This document shows, piece after piece, positions 7,869 to 16,782 of a stretch of 64,000 bases of DNA. A program made the translations under genes and the position numbers. Each line of letters opens with the position of its first letter. The first letter of the stretch is position 1. The stretch spans positions 10,945-74,944 of the forward strand of contig JAZMZV010000246.1 in assembly GCA_045586185.1 (NCBI GenBank), written 5' to 3'. Source of the stretch: Thermoguttaceae bacterium (GTDB taxonomy: Bacteria > Planctomycetota > Planctomycetia > Pirellulales > Thermoguttaceae). A model generated the notes under the pieces. That model saw only the letters and a list, made by a program, of their open reading frames with translations, was not told where the DNA came from and ran no database searches.

Positions 7869-10800
7869 TTAATTCGCAATATTTTTCAATATGACCCGGA
7901 ATCCGACGTCGTAGACCGGCTGGTTTTTCGGGTACGGGATTCGGGAATCGAACGCGCTCTCAGACGGACGGGAGTTAAACGAGCCGCCAGCCGCCAAAGC
8001 CGCGTCGCCGTCGCAGTTGAGCCATTCCGCCGCGTTGCCGTGAACGTCGTAAAGACCCCAGGCGTTGGGCTTGTACGTTGCAACGTTAGCCGTCGCGCGA
8101 ACGGAATCGTTAAACCGCTCGTCTGCCGGACGCCAGGGTTCAACCGCGTCTGACGGCAGACTCCACGGAGCGAACGTCGGCATGACGTAATTCGTTACGT
8201 CCGACAGGTTGGCAAAGGAACTGAAATCGTCGTCAATTTTACCGTAGTAAAATTTCGGATTAGTCGAACCCGCTCTGGCGGCATACGTCCACTGCACGTC
8301 CGTCGGGAGAGAGCAGTCAGTGCCGTCTTTTCCCAGTTGCTGAGAAAGCCACTGACAAAACTGTTCCGCCTCCTGACACGATACGCGAACGACCGGCTGA
8401 TCGGGACCGTCAGTCTGAAAACCGCGGTCAAGCAGGCTGAATACAAGGAAATCTCCAAACTCGTATCGGCTGTCGTGTTTCGGGTCAAAGGCGTGGAATT
8501 GAGCGTTGGTTATTTCCGTTTTGCTAATCCAGAACCCGCCTGTCGGCTGACCGTTGAGAGTCCCTTTAGGTACATAGACGAATTCGATTGTCTCGCCGTT
8601 GGGCAGCGTTACCGTTTTGATTTTCTGACTGTCAAACGGTTCCTGAATCGCAATCGTCGGCGCGGAGTTTCGATTGGAATTGCGCGCTTTGAGTCCAGCG
8701 TCGATTTTGTCTTTTGGAGGAAGAACAGGCTTAACGGCTCCAGGAACGTACGGATTGAAAATTCCCTCCTGATCTTGAACCAGGTCGCTGTACATTTCCC
8801 GAAGTTCTTCTCTCAACTGCGCCTGACGGTCAGTTCGCTGATGACCGCTGACTTCAATCCACGTCCCGTGGAAAGGCGTATTCATATCGACCCAGGTCGT
8901 CAAAACGTCCCAATCTTGAGGGGAAAGCATATCTGTTACGCCGTAATGCCCGGCGGAGTCGTTTCTCAACGTCTGGAACAGACGCGTTGTTGAAACGTGA
9001 AACTCCCGGGGCGAAAGCAGATGAGCGTCCGACTCTATCGTATGCCCGCGGACGAATCGACGTAAATTCATATACGACTTTGAAAATCGCCCGCCGTTGT
9101 TGTACATGGCGTTTCCTGCTACGAGAGGGATGTCGTCCGTATTCTCCAGAGAGAACGTTTCCGGAACCACCGCTAAAACGGGGTTGGTTTTATCGCGGTT
9201 GTCCGTGTGACATCCAACGCAGTATTTATCCAGAACGGGCTGGACTTCCCGCCGGAACGAGAAGCCGCGATCCGGTCCATAAAACGACGTGATTTTAGAT
9301 GCTGGACGGTTCCCGGCAATCGTCCTTTGTCGAACGGGAGCGAGGTTGTTGTTTTGATGGCACCCGACGCACGACACGACTTCGCCCGGCATGGCGGTGA
9401 ACCACGACCGCATGAGTTGTAACGCCGCCCCGTTTTCGTCCAGCGGCTGAAGCGCTATGGGCGTGTTGGCGGGAACGGTAAAATGCGCTGATCCGTCCTC
9501 TTCCACCGGAACGGTTCCCAAAACCGAGCGAACGTCCCACGGACCGTCCAGCCCAACGCGGTCGTACTGCCCTCCCATGCCGTGATACGAATAATTATAG
9601 GTGAATACTCTCAGCTGCTTGACTTCCCCGCGGCGAATTCCTTTCAGCCCCGGACCCGTATAGATGTCAGCCAGAAACACGGTCGCCGTCTTGCTTTCCG
9701 GATTGGTTCTGTCGACAATAGCCGGCGGAATCGGGGTCTTTTGCAGCGGAATGGGTTCTAAAATCGCGTAGCCGGGCTGTTCGTAGAGCAAAACGAAGTT
9801 GTCGAAAACGTCAACCAGATAGACGCCCCATTTTGACAACGGCGACGGCTTGCACGATACAATAACGTATTTATCCGACAACGGCGATGGGTGCAGAAAC
9901 TTCGGCCAGGACGCGCCGGTCAAACCGTCTTTGATAATCGGTTCCACCTTTTTCCCTCGCTGACCGATTTTCTGAACTGCGCCGTCCGCCTCAAAATCGC
10001 TTATCGACGTATCGAACAGAACCAGCTCCCCGGAGCGGTTGACGTCGTGATGTCCAACGACAATCGCGTAGAATCGGTTAGCGTTTCCCGGCGTCGGCTT
10101 GGCGTTAAACATGCTGTTGGGCCAGTACGAGTTGCTCCCGTAATAGCTGACCTGGTTTGTCCCGTCCGGATTCATGGTAAACATAAGCCGATAAAACGCG
10201 TGCGGGGTGTCGGTGTATTCCCAGCGCAGATACATAATCCGCCCGTTGGGCATGACAGTCGGGTTCCAGTTGTGTTCCTGATCAAAGGTCAGCTGACGAA
10301 CCCGCCCGTCTTGATAGCGAACGTACGTATTTGTAACATGAGACGACCCACGAACGCACGGAACGCCAATCATCGGCGCGGTTGACGTAAAGATGATTCT
10401 CCCGTCGGGAAGATAGCAGGCGTCGTAATTGTCAACGTCTGAATGGTCAATCGTCTGGATTTTTCGAGCTTCCACGGTTCCCTGTCCGGAAAGCGCATCG
10501 TCTGTCAACGGGATTTCAAACAGCTGCCAGCGATCGTTCCCTCCGTCTTTGAGCAAGTGCGGTTTGGAGAACATCAAGCGGTCAGCGTTGAAATGCAAGT
10601 CGAGTTCGCCCACGTATTCATTGCTCTGTGGGCGATAAACCGTTTTAACGTCTTCCGGCTTGGGGACGGCTTGCGGGGAAAGCGGAATGGAGACGATGTC
10701 GTTATCGTATCCAGTGTGACGGAGGCTGGAATTGCTCGCCCAGTTGGATGGCAGCCCCAAATTCCCGGCAGTGCGTCGAATCGCCAGAATGGACTTGACG

Positions 10801-11891
10801 TTTTTCAATAGCGGGTTTTCCAGCAGAGCCTGACGTTTCAGCGCGTCCAGACGCTCAAACAGCACGTCCGGCGCGACCGTTGCAGCGTCCTTTTCCAATG
10901 CCGCCAGTTGGTCAAGATACTTCTGACCGTTGACGTAATCCTGCGGGTGCGAAGCCGCACGGGCAGAAGGACAAGGTTTTGCCTCCGAAAAAGCCGGTTT
11001 TGGCGCTACCCACTTCCAATCAGGAACCGACCTTGTCGGGAACGATTCCATCAAGTCGTTAATCGCCAGTTTGAGCGATTCGACTTCATGTTCAAAGTCG
11101 CGTTCCATAGCCGCAATTTGACGTTCGTTTAACGTCGCGTTGGGATTGTACGGCGTCAATTCAATCCACGTTGACGGCGTTTGAAGATAGTTCAAAACGT
11201 TTGACGTGAATTTCGTCAAATTGTCGTAAAAGGCGTTGTTTTTATCGGAATAACACGTCAAACGCCAGCCGGATGTAATAATTCTGCCCTTCCCCAGCGA
11301 GTATTCCCAAATCGGCTTTTCGTCGCCAAAGGCGGACGCCGCCAACAGCGTCCCGCCCCGGGGCTGAATCGCGTGGAAGTCTGAAAAAGCAGAATAGCCG
11401 CCGTCGGAAAAATAGATCGCCGCCCGATTCTGACCCTGCTCGTTCCCACGCTTCAGCCCGTTAAAAACAGGCGACTGTGCGCCATTTTTAATTATAAATG
11501 GAATCGCCGCGCCCGGGTTCCGGTCGTGATTTCCCGCCAGCTGACGAGGCGTAACGGTTTCCAAACCAAACTGATTCAATATCCGCCACGACGCCCCGGT
11601 CAGAAAAAGCCCGCCGCCCTGTTCGACAAATGCTTTGATCTTCGCCGCGTCCGCGTCAGAGACAGCGTACTTCTCGCTATCGCCCAGGTGAATCCATAAA
11701 ACGGACGTCTCCGACAGACGATCTGCCGTTACTTCCAGAAAATCCGGGAACAGAGTTTTCCCCAACGCCAAGGCGGACTCGTACTCTGCGCCCGTTACAG
11801 ACGGCTTGAGAATCGCCGGGCTTTTCGCCCAGACGTCAGCCGAAATCAGGACGCTAACAACAACTGTAATCAACAGGAACGTTCTTTTCAT
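7869..11891 (-). CDS. large exported multidomain protein with C-terminal FGE/SUMF1-type (formylglycine-generating enzyme-like) domain and two CXXCH motifs
   Basis: Start moved to ATG 11891 (signal peptide MKRTFLLITVVVSVLISADVWA). C-terminal motifs WISKTEITNAQF, RVSCQEAEQFCQWL, LPTDVQWTYAARAG, NAWGLYDVHGNAAEW and GGSF. CVGCH occurs twice (nt ~9356-9370 and ~9206-9220). The central region looks like a TolB/PD40-type propeller. Confidence 0.85.
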   Translation of the reverse strand: MKRTFLLITVVVSVLISADVWAKSPAILKPSVTGAEYESALALGKTLFPDFLEVTADRLSETSVLWIHLGDSEKYAVSDADAAKIKAFVEQGGGLFLTGASWRILNQFGLETVTPRQLAGNHDRNPGAAIPFIIKNGAQSPVFNGLKRGNEQGQNRAAIYFSDGGYSAFSDFHAIQPRGGTLLAASAFGDEKPIWEYSLGKGRIITSGWRLTCYSDKNNAFYDNLTKFTSNVLNYLQTPSTWIELTPYNPNATLNERQIAAMERDFEHEVESLKLAINDLMESFPTRSVPDWKWVAPKPAFSEAKPCPSARAASHPQDYVNGQKYLDQLAALEKDAATVAPDVLFERLDALKRQALLENPLLKNVKSILAIRRTAGNLGLPSNWASNSSLRHTGYDNDIVSIPLSPQAVPKPEDVKTVYRPQSNEYVGELDLHFNADRLMFSKPHLLKDGGNDRWQLFEIPLTDDALSGQGTVEARKIQTIDHSDVDNYDACYLPDGRIIFTSTAPMIGVPCVRGSSHVTNTYVRYQDGRVRQLTFDQEHNWNPTVMPNGRIMYLRWEYTDTPHAFYRLMFTMNPDGTNQVSYYGSNSYWPNSMFNAKPTPGNANRFYAIVVGHHDVNRSGELVLFDTSISDFEADGAVQKIGQRGKKVEPIIKDGLTGASWPKFLHPSPLSDKYVIVSCKPSPLSKWGVYLVDVFDNFVLLYEQPGYAILEPIPLQKTPIPPAIVDRTNPESKTATVFLADIYTGPGLKGIRRGEVKQLRVFTYNYSYHGMGGQYDRVGLDGPWDVRSVLGTVPVEEDGSAHFTVPANTPIALQPLDENGAALQLMRSWFTAMPGEVVSCVGCHQNNNLAPVRQRTIAGNRPASKITSFYGPDRGFSFRREVQPVLDKYCVGCHTDNRDKTNPVLAVVPETFSLENTDDIPLVAGNAMYNNGGRFSKSYMNLRRFVRGHTIESDAHLLSPREFHVSTTRLFQTLRNDSAGHYGVTDMLSPQDWDVLTTWVDMNTPFHGTWIEVSGHQRTDRQAQLREELREMYSDLVQDQEGIFNPYVPGAVKPVLPPKDKIDAGLKARNSNRNSAPTIAIQEPFDSQKIKTVTLPNGETIEFVYVPKGTLNGQPTGGFWISKTEITNAQFHAFDPKHDSRYEFGDFLVFSLLDRGFQTDGPDQPVVRVSCQEAEQFCQWLSQQLGKDGTDCSLPTDVQWTYAARAGSTNPKFYYGKIDDDFSSFANLSDVTNYVMPTFAPWSLPSDAVEPWRPADERFNDSVRATANVATYKPNAWGLYDVHGNAAEWLNCDGDAALAAGGSFNSRPSESAFDSRIPYPKNQPVYDVGFRVILKNIAN

Positions 11892-12128
11892 TGCGGTATT
11901 GGAAAGCTGAACTTTCAGGGAATATTTATTATTCAAAATATATACGCTATTATAAGATAATAAAAAGAAAAAAACAAGAGGGCGGCGAGGCGCCGCATCC
12001 CTTTTTCCTTTTGGGTGCGTTCAAATCTGGGGGGCGCCAGAAAAAGGAAAGGAATTTGGAACTCTTTCGTAGCCCCCAGATTTATCTGGGGGACTAAATA
12101 AAACGCTCCTCCCCAAAACGCTTCCCTT

Positions 12129-12170
12129 CCCCTCCCTTCCCCGCTCCATTCGGAGCGGAGAAGGGAGGGG
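12129..12170. other. 19-bp GC-rich hairpin in a divergent spacer
   Basis: CCCCTCCCTTCCCCGCTCC ATTC GGAGCGGAGAAGGGAGGGG (one C/A mismatch). Smaller hairpins lie at 11982-11996, 12073-12092 and 12211-12230. Confidence 0.7.
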
Positions 12171-12311
12171 AATTCGTGCGTTATAATATTATTTGGCGTT
12201 GTATTTGCACCCCACACCTAAAGGTGTGGGCTACGTTTTAGATACCCATCTCACCTATTTTCGCAACTCAAAATTTATCGCACCCTCCCTTTTCAAAAAA
12301 TCTCTCATCTC

Positions 12312-12339
12312 TTGACTTTTATCTCACATTCTATACAAT
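12312..12339 (+). promoter_or_regulatory. sigma70-like promoter for ankyrin gene 1
   Basis: TTGACT (12312-12317), 16-nt spacer, TACAAT (12334-12339). 35 nt upstream of ATG 12374. Confidence 0.5.
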
Positions 12340-12373
12340 TAGATTTATACCCTATTTTCAAAGGAACGCCGAA

Positions 12374-13969
12374 ATGCTAAACGGAAAGAGTTTGACTTTT
12401 GTTTTTATACTGACGCTGATTGCATCCATAACCCTCAACGCGGCTGAGAATGCGTCGTCGAAAAAAAGCGTTGATGACGCTCAACAGCGCTTTGGCAAAC
12501 CGGCAGTAAATCGTTTTGAACAGATGATTCAGTCCGGCAATTTCGATTTAACTCCGCAAGGGTATAACGAATTTACCGTTCTGCATTATGCTGTGTTTAT
12601 GGACAATTTGGATCTCGCCAAACAATTGGTCGAAAAGGGCGCAGACGTCAGCGCTAAAAACAGGCACAATATAGAGCCCTTATTCTTTGCTGCTGATAAT
12701 GACAATTTGGAAATGGTAAAACTGCTTGTTGAGAATGGAGTAGACGTCAACAATCGAGACTATAACGGCGGCAATCCAGCGCTGCTCGTTGCAGCGTTAA
12801 AAGGCAATTGGGAAATGTTTCAATATCTTGTTGAAAACGGCGCCGATATATTCATCAAAAATTCGCATGGCTGTTCTACTATACACGCAGCCGCGGAAGG
12901 CGGCAATTTGGAAATTGTTAAATGGCTCATCGAGAACGGATTGGACGTCAACACAAAAGTGGCATGTGAATGTACATGTCTGCATCATGCAGCTAAAAGC
13001 GGCAATATCGAATTGATTAAATGGTTCATTGATAAAGGATTGGACATAAACGCCAAAGATATCGAAGAACGCACCGTTTTACATTATGCCGCTGAAGGAG
13101 GCAGCGTGGAAGCGGTTCAGTGGCTTGTCGAACAGGGATTAGACATTAATGCCGTAATTGCTAATCCGAATCGTCGGACTCGTTACATCGGCGGAAACCT
13201 TCATATAGATCTTGATAACGATGGGGTCGATTTATTATCCATCGCGGCGCTGACTGGCAATTTGAAACTGGTTCAATGGCTGGTTGAGCAAGGAATGGAC
13301 GCCGTCGTCGACAATGATATTTTAAGACCGGCGGTTAAAAGCGGCAATATTGAACTCGTTGAATGGCTTGTCGAACAAGGCGCCAATATAAATCAAAACA
13401 AAAATCTGTTATTCTATGCAGCTCTAAATGGCAATTTGAAGCTGGTTCAGTACCTTGTAAAGCAGGGCGCTGACATTAAAAAATCAAATAATGTTTTACA
13501 AGGGGCGGCATGCAGCGGCAATATGGAACTGATTCAATGGCTTATTGAACAGGGCGCTGATGACAACAGCAATGAGGATTCATCAATTTTGGCATACGCT
13601 ATCGACAGTCACGATGTCAACGTATTGCGTTTTTTTGTTGAAGAGAAAAAAATAAACGTTAATGCGTCTATCTCTTCTGCTCGTTACCGTTCACCTTTAG
13701 AACATGCTGTAAATACTGACGATTTTGAAATGGTGAAATTTCTTGTTGAACATGGAGCTGACGCCAATCCAAACAGATGGTCTCGTATAATTCCATATTG
13801 GTATTACTTACATCAACAGGGTCATAACCCTGAGACCGTCAACTACCTTCGAGAACATGACAATACGCTGATAATTTGGAGCGGCGTTTTATCGCTGATA
13901 GTTATATCAATTACTTCATATATAATTTATAGAAATCTTCGATCTAAAAAACCCGTCGAGACGGAGTAA
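12374..13969 (+). CDS. exported, C-terminally membrane-anchored ankyrin-repeat protein (paralogue 1)
   Basis: Signal peptide MLNGKSLTFVFILTLIASITLNA, at least 10 ANK repeats (TVLHYAV..G..E.V.WL.E.G.D.N) and a C-terminal TM helix IIWSGVLSLIVISITSYIIY followed by RNLRSKKP. Confidence 0.9.
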   Translation: MLNGKSLTFVFILTLIASITLNAAENASSKKSVDDAQQRFGKPAVNRFEQMIQSGNFDLTPQGYNEFTVLHYAVFMDNLDLAKQLVEKGADVSAKNRHNIEPLFFAADNDNLEMVKLLVENGVDVNNRDYNGGNPALLVAALKGNWEMFQYLVENGADIFIKNSHGCSTIHAAAEGGNLEIVKWLIENGLDVNTKVACECTCLHHAAKSGNIELIKWFIDKGLDINAKDIEERTVLHYAAEGGSVEAVQWLVEQGLDINAVIANPNRRTRYIGGNLHIDLDNDGVDLLSIAALTGNLKLVQWLVEQGMDAVVDNDILRPAVKSGNIELVEWLVEQGANINQNKNLLFYAALNGNLKLVQYLVKQGADIKKSNNVLQGAACSGNMELIQWLIEQGADDNSNEDSSILAYAIDSHDVNVLRFFVEEKKINVNASISSARYRSPLEHAVNTDDFEMVKFLVEHGADANPNRWSRIIPYWYYLHQQGHNPETVNYLREHDNTLIIWSGVLSLIVISITSYIIYRNLRSKKPVETE

Positions 13970-14092
13970 TCGTTCTCTACAAGCGTTCAAGAATTAAAAT
14001 GCGCAATTTGGAAGACGCATTTGCCAATTTCTGCGGCAAAATTCCGAAAAACTGCTCTGGTATTGCAGGGCGATTTGATATATAATGCCCAT

Positions 14093-14101
14093 TGGTATAA
14101 T
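14093..14101 (+). promoter_or_regulatory. extended -10 element (TGGTATAAT) upstream of aroC
   Basis: TGGTATAAT, followed by ATATAG. The 12-mer TATAATATATAG is shared with the glgP upstream region (3749-3760). 85 nt upstream of ATG 14186. Confidence 0.4.
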
Positions 14102-14185
14102 ATATAGTGGCGAAGTGTCGAATTGCGTTTTGCGGTTTAACCCGCCCCGGCTCGCCTAACACCCTTTCCCCCCTTATCCATAACC

Positions 14186-15337
14186 ATGGCATTGACATAT
14201 TTAACAGCTGGAGAATCGCATGGAAAAGGCATCCTGGCTTTGCTGGACGGTTTTCCCGCCGGACTGGAAATTGATACAGATAAAATCGACGCGCTGCTTC
14301 GTCTTCGTCAGGGCGGATACGGCCGCGGCGGACGTCAACAAATCGAAACCGATTCCGTCGACGTTCTGACCGGCGTAAAAGTCAACCGGACGCTGGGAAG
14401 CCCCGTCGCCCTTTGGGTGAAAAATCGAGACTATAAACTCCCACAAATGCCGGAACTGGAACGTCCGCGCCCGGGTCACGGCGACCTGTCCGGATCTCGC
14501 AAATATCAAGACGGGATTCGCGCCATTCTGGAACGCTCCAGCGCTCGAGAGACGGCGGCGAAAGTCGCGGCGGGCGCTCTGGCGGAACAGCTTTTGGAGA
14601 CGTGCGCCGGGATTCGCGTTCTGGCTTACGTTGTCCGAATTGGGGAAGCGGAATTGACGCCTGACGCAGCCCTGCTCTGCGATTTTGACGCTGCAATTGA
14701 AAAGCGAAACGCCAGCCCGGTGTATTCGCTGTCTTCTCCCAAAGCTGACAAACTCGCCTGCGATTTAATCGACAAAACCCGCCAGGCGGGCGACACGATC
14801 GGCGGAATCATCGAAATTCGCGCGACCGGTTTGCTGTTTGGGCTGGGAACGCACGCTCAATGGACGGACAAGCTCGACGGTCGTCTGGCGCAAGCCGTCA
14901 TGGCGGTTCAGGCGATCAAGGGCGTCGAAATCGGCTTGGGATTTCAGGCGGGATTCGTACCCGGTTCTCAGGCGCACGACGCTATCGGCTTCGACCCGAA
15001 ACTGGTCGATACAAAATGCCTGGGATTCGTCCGCCCAACCAATCGCGCTGGCGGTTTGGAAGCCGGCATGACAAACTCGCAGGACATTGTCGTCCGCGCT
15101 GCAATGAAGCCGATTCCGACAATGCTCAAACCGATGGCATCTGTCAGTCTGATAACAAAACAGCCCGAGGAGGCGACTTACGAACGTTCCGACGTCTGCG
15201 CCGTTCCCGCCGCCGCGATTGTTTTGGAATCGGTTGTCGCCATGACGCTTGCCACAGCGCTGACGGAAAAGTTCGGCTGTGACAACGTCGAGGAAATTCG
15301 GCAGAGAATTACGTTATTCAACAAATTAGCAAGATAG
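14186..15337 (+). CDS. aroC: chorismate synthase
   Basis: LTAGESHGKG, RPGHGDLSG and SARETAAKVAAGA motifs. Full length, 383 aa. Confidence 0.95.
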   Translation: MALTYLTAGESHGKGILALLDGFPAGLEIDTDKIDALLRLRQGGYGRGGRQQIETDSVDVLTGVKVNRTLGSPVALWVKNRDYKLPQMPELERPRPGHGDLSGSRKYQDGIRAILERSSARETAAKVAAGALAEQLLETCAGIRVLAYVVRIGEAELTPDAALLCDFDAAIEKRNASPVYSLSSPKADKLACDLIDKTRQAGDTIGGIIEIRATGLLFGLGTHAQWTDKLDGRLAQAVMAVQAIKGVEIGLGFQAGFVPGSQAHDAIGFDPKLVDTKCLGFVRPTNRAGGLEAGMTNSQDIVVRAAMKPIPTMLKPMASVSLITKQPEEATYERSDVCAVPAAAIVLESVVAMTLATALTEKFGCDNVEEIRQRITLFNKLAR

Positions 15338-15393
15338 GCAGTAGGCAATAGGCAGTAGGCAGTAGATATTACTCGCAACTCGTTACTCGCAAC
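15335..15393. repeat. heptamer-array element (GGCAGTA arm / CTCGCAA arm)
   Basis: TAGGCAG TAGGCAA TAGGCAG TAGGCAG TAG, then ATATTA, then CTCGCAA CTCGTTA CTCGCAA CC. The aroC TAG stop is the first unit. The array ends 4 nt before ATG 15398. Confidence 0.9.
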
Positions 15394-15397
15394 CAAC

Positions 15398-16648
15398 ATG
15401 AGATTACGCGATAAAATCCGACGACGCATAGCCCGTACCGTTTTGGCGGTTTTCGGCTGGATTCCTCTTGTCGCGTTGATCTTTATAGCGTTTTTTATTC
15501 GCAGTAAAACGTACGTGGAATGGTCGGAATCGTCGATAGCCAACGCGCTGGAAATGCAGGTCAATTTCGAGTCGTTTGAGCGCCCGCGGTGGGACACGTC
15601 CCGGTTTGAACGCGTAACGCTTAGCGACCCGGAAACGGGCGAGCCGGTTTTGAAATGCGCCTTGCTGGAAGTGGAGCATCAGCACACCAAAACGCCTATT
15701 CGGCTGCTGAGAATACGTCTCAGAGACTGCAAGATTTACATGGACAACTCTGTTTCCCTGTGGTCTTTTGTCCATCGATCGTTCGCGCATCGCCGGCTGT
15801 GGAAAAACATGCAGGTGGAGTTCTCGGCGGTCAACGTGTCTTTCGATTCCTGCAAGGAGCAGTCCATTCGATTCATGTCAGGAACGCTCAAAGACGTCAA
15901 AGACGGTTCAGAAGGCGTGTTTGCTCTCTACATAAACGACCTTCGCGAAGATACGAAAAAGGAAGAATCGAACGAACCCGCGCGCCTGAAAATTGCGCGT
16001 TTGACAAACACGTCTCCTGTAACAACGACAATTGCTCTGGACGCGTCCAACTGTCCGATTGTTTCTGGCATGCTCTCGCATTGGCACGCGCCTTTAAAGC
16101 GTCTTGGCTCCAATTCGCTCTTTCAGGGAACCGTTGTCGCCGCCAACGCCGGCGCTGGCTGGGACGGAACTCTTAAAGGGGAATTCAGCAACGTCGATTT
16201 AAGCAAGATGTTTATCAAAGCCGGGCGAGCGCAGATGATCGCCAACGCCAGAATTACAATCGAAAAAGGCGAGTTTATTGACCAACGGCTGGTAAGCGCT
16301 CGCGGGCGGGTGGACGCTCAAAACGGCGTTATTGACCGCGGTCTGCTCGATACGCTTGTATCGCAGCTTCGCCTCAGTGGAGGCGGCGGATTCAATCCCT
16401 ATTCAGACGCCACTCATTTCACACAGCTCGCTTTCGGGTTTGATATACAAAATGAAATGATTTCTCTTACTGGAAAGTGCAGTTCATGCCCGACGGGCAC
16501 GATTCTCAACAGCCAATGGTCGCTGGTTCGAGAACCGCTCAACCCGTCCGATAAATCCCCGCTTGCCGTCGCCATGAAAACCTTTTCCTACGCCGACAGC
16601 CAACAGTATATCCAAATCGCTCAGCCGGACGGGAATTCCACAAGATAA
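15398..16648 (+). CDS. hypothetical membrane-anchored protein (416 aa)
   Basis: N-terminal TM helix TVLAVFGWIPLVALIFIAFFI. No motif I can name. The coding potential is consistent with neighbouring genes. Confidence 0.7.
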   Translation: MRLRDKIRRRIARTVLAVFGWIPLVALIFIAFFIRSKTYVEWSESSIANALEMQVNFESFERPRWDTSRFERVTLSDPETGEPVLKCALLEVEHQHTKTPIRLLRIRLRDCKIYMDNSVSLWSFVHRSFAHRRLWKNMQVEFSAVNVSFDSCKEQSIRFMSGTLKDVKDGSEGVFALYINDLREDTKKEESNEPARLKIARLTNTSPVTTTIALDASNCPIVSGMLSHWHAPLKRLGSNSLFQGTVVAANAGAGWDGTLKGEFSNVDLSKMFIKAGRAQMIANARITIEKGEFIDQRLVSARGRVDAQNGVIDRGLLDTLVSQLRLSGGGGFNPYSDATHFTQLAFGFDIQNEMISLTGKCSSCPTGTILNSQWSLVREPLNPSDKSPLAVAMKTFSYADSQQYIQIAQPDGNSTR

Positions 16649-16651
16649 TAT

Positions 16652-16674
16652 GGAGTGCGGCGGCTTGACGCCGC
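16652..16674. repeat. GGAGTGCGRCGG hairpin motif, copy 2
   Basis: GGAGTGCGGCGGCTTGACGCCGC. The stem GCGGCG/CGCCGC differs from copy 1 by a compensatory A-T to G-C change. Confidence 0.75.
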
Positions 16675-16782
16675 TTTCATTACCATAACCGCCGAGAACA
16701 ACGAAAAACTTAATTCGCGCTAACAACGCAATGATAATATAGATTCATACAAATATTACAAAGCGTTGCGTTCCCTTTAACA

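Noticed and set aside
11891-12217. ORFs 11891-12097 (+) and 11933-12217 (-) in the divergent spacer
   Set aside because: They start with TTG or GTG, overlap each other on opposite strands, and are composed of translated palindromes and low-complexity sequence (GEGRGRE, PPRFERTQKEKG). They are by-products of the hairpin cluster.
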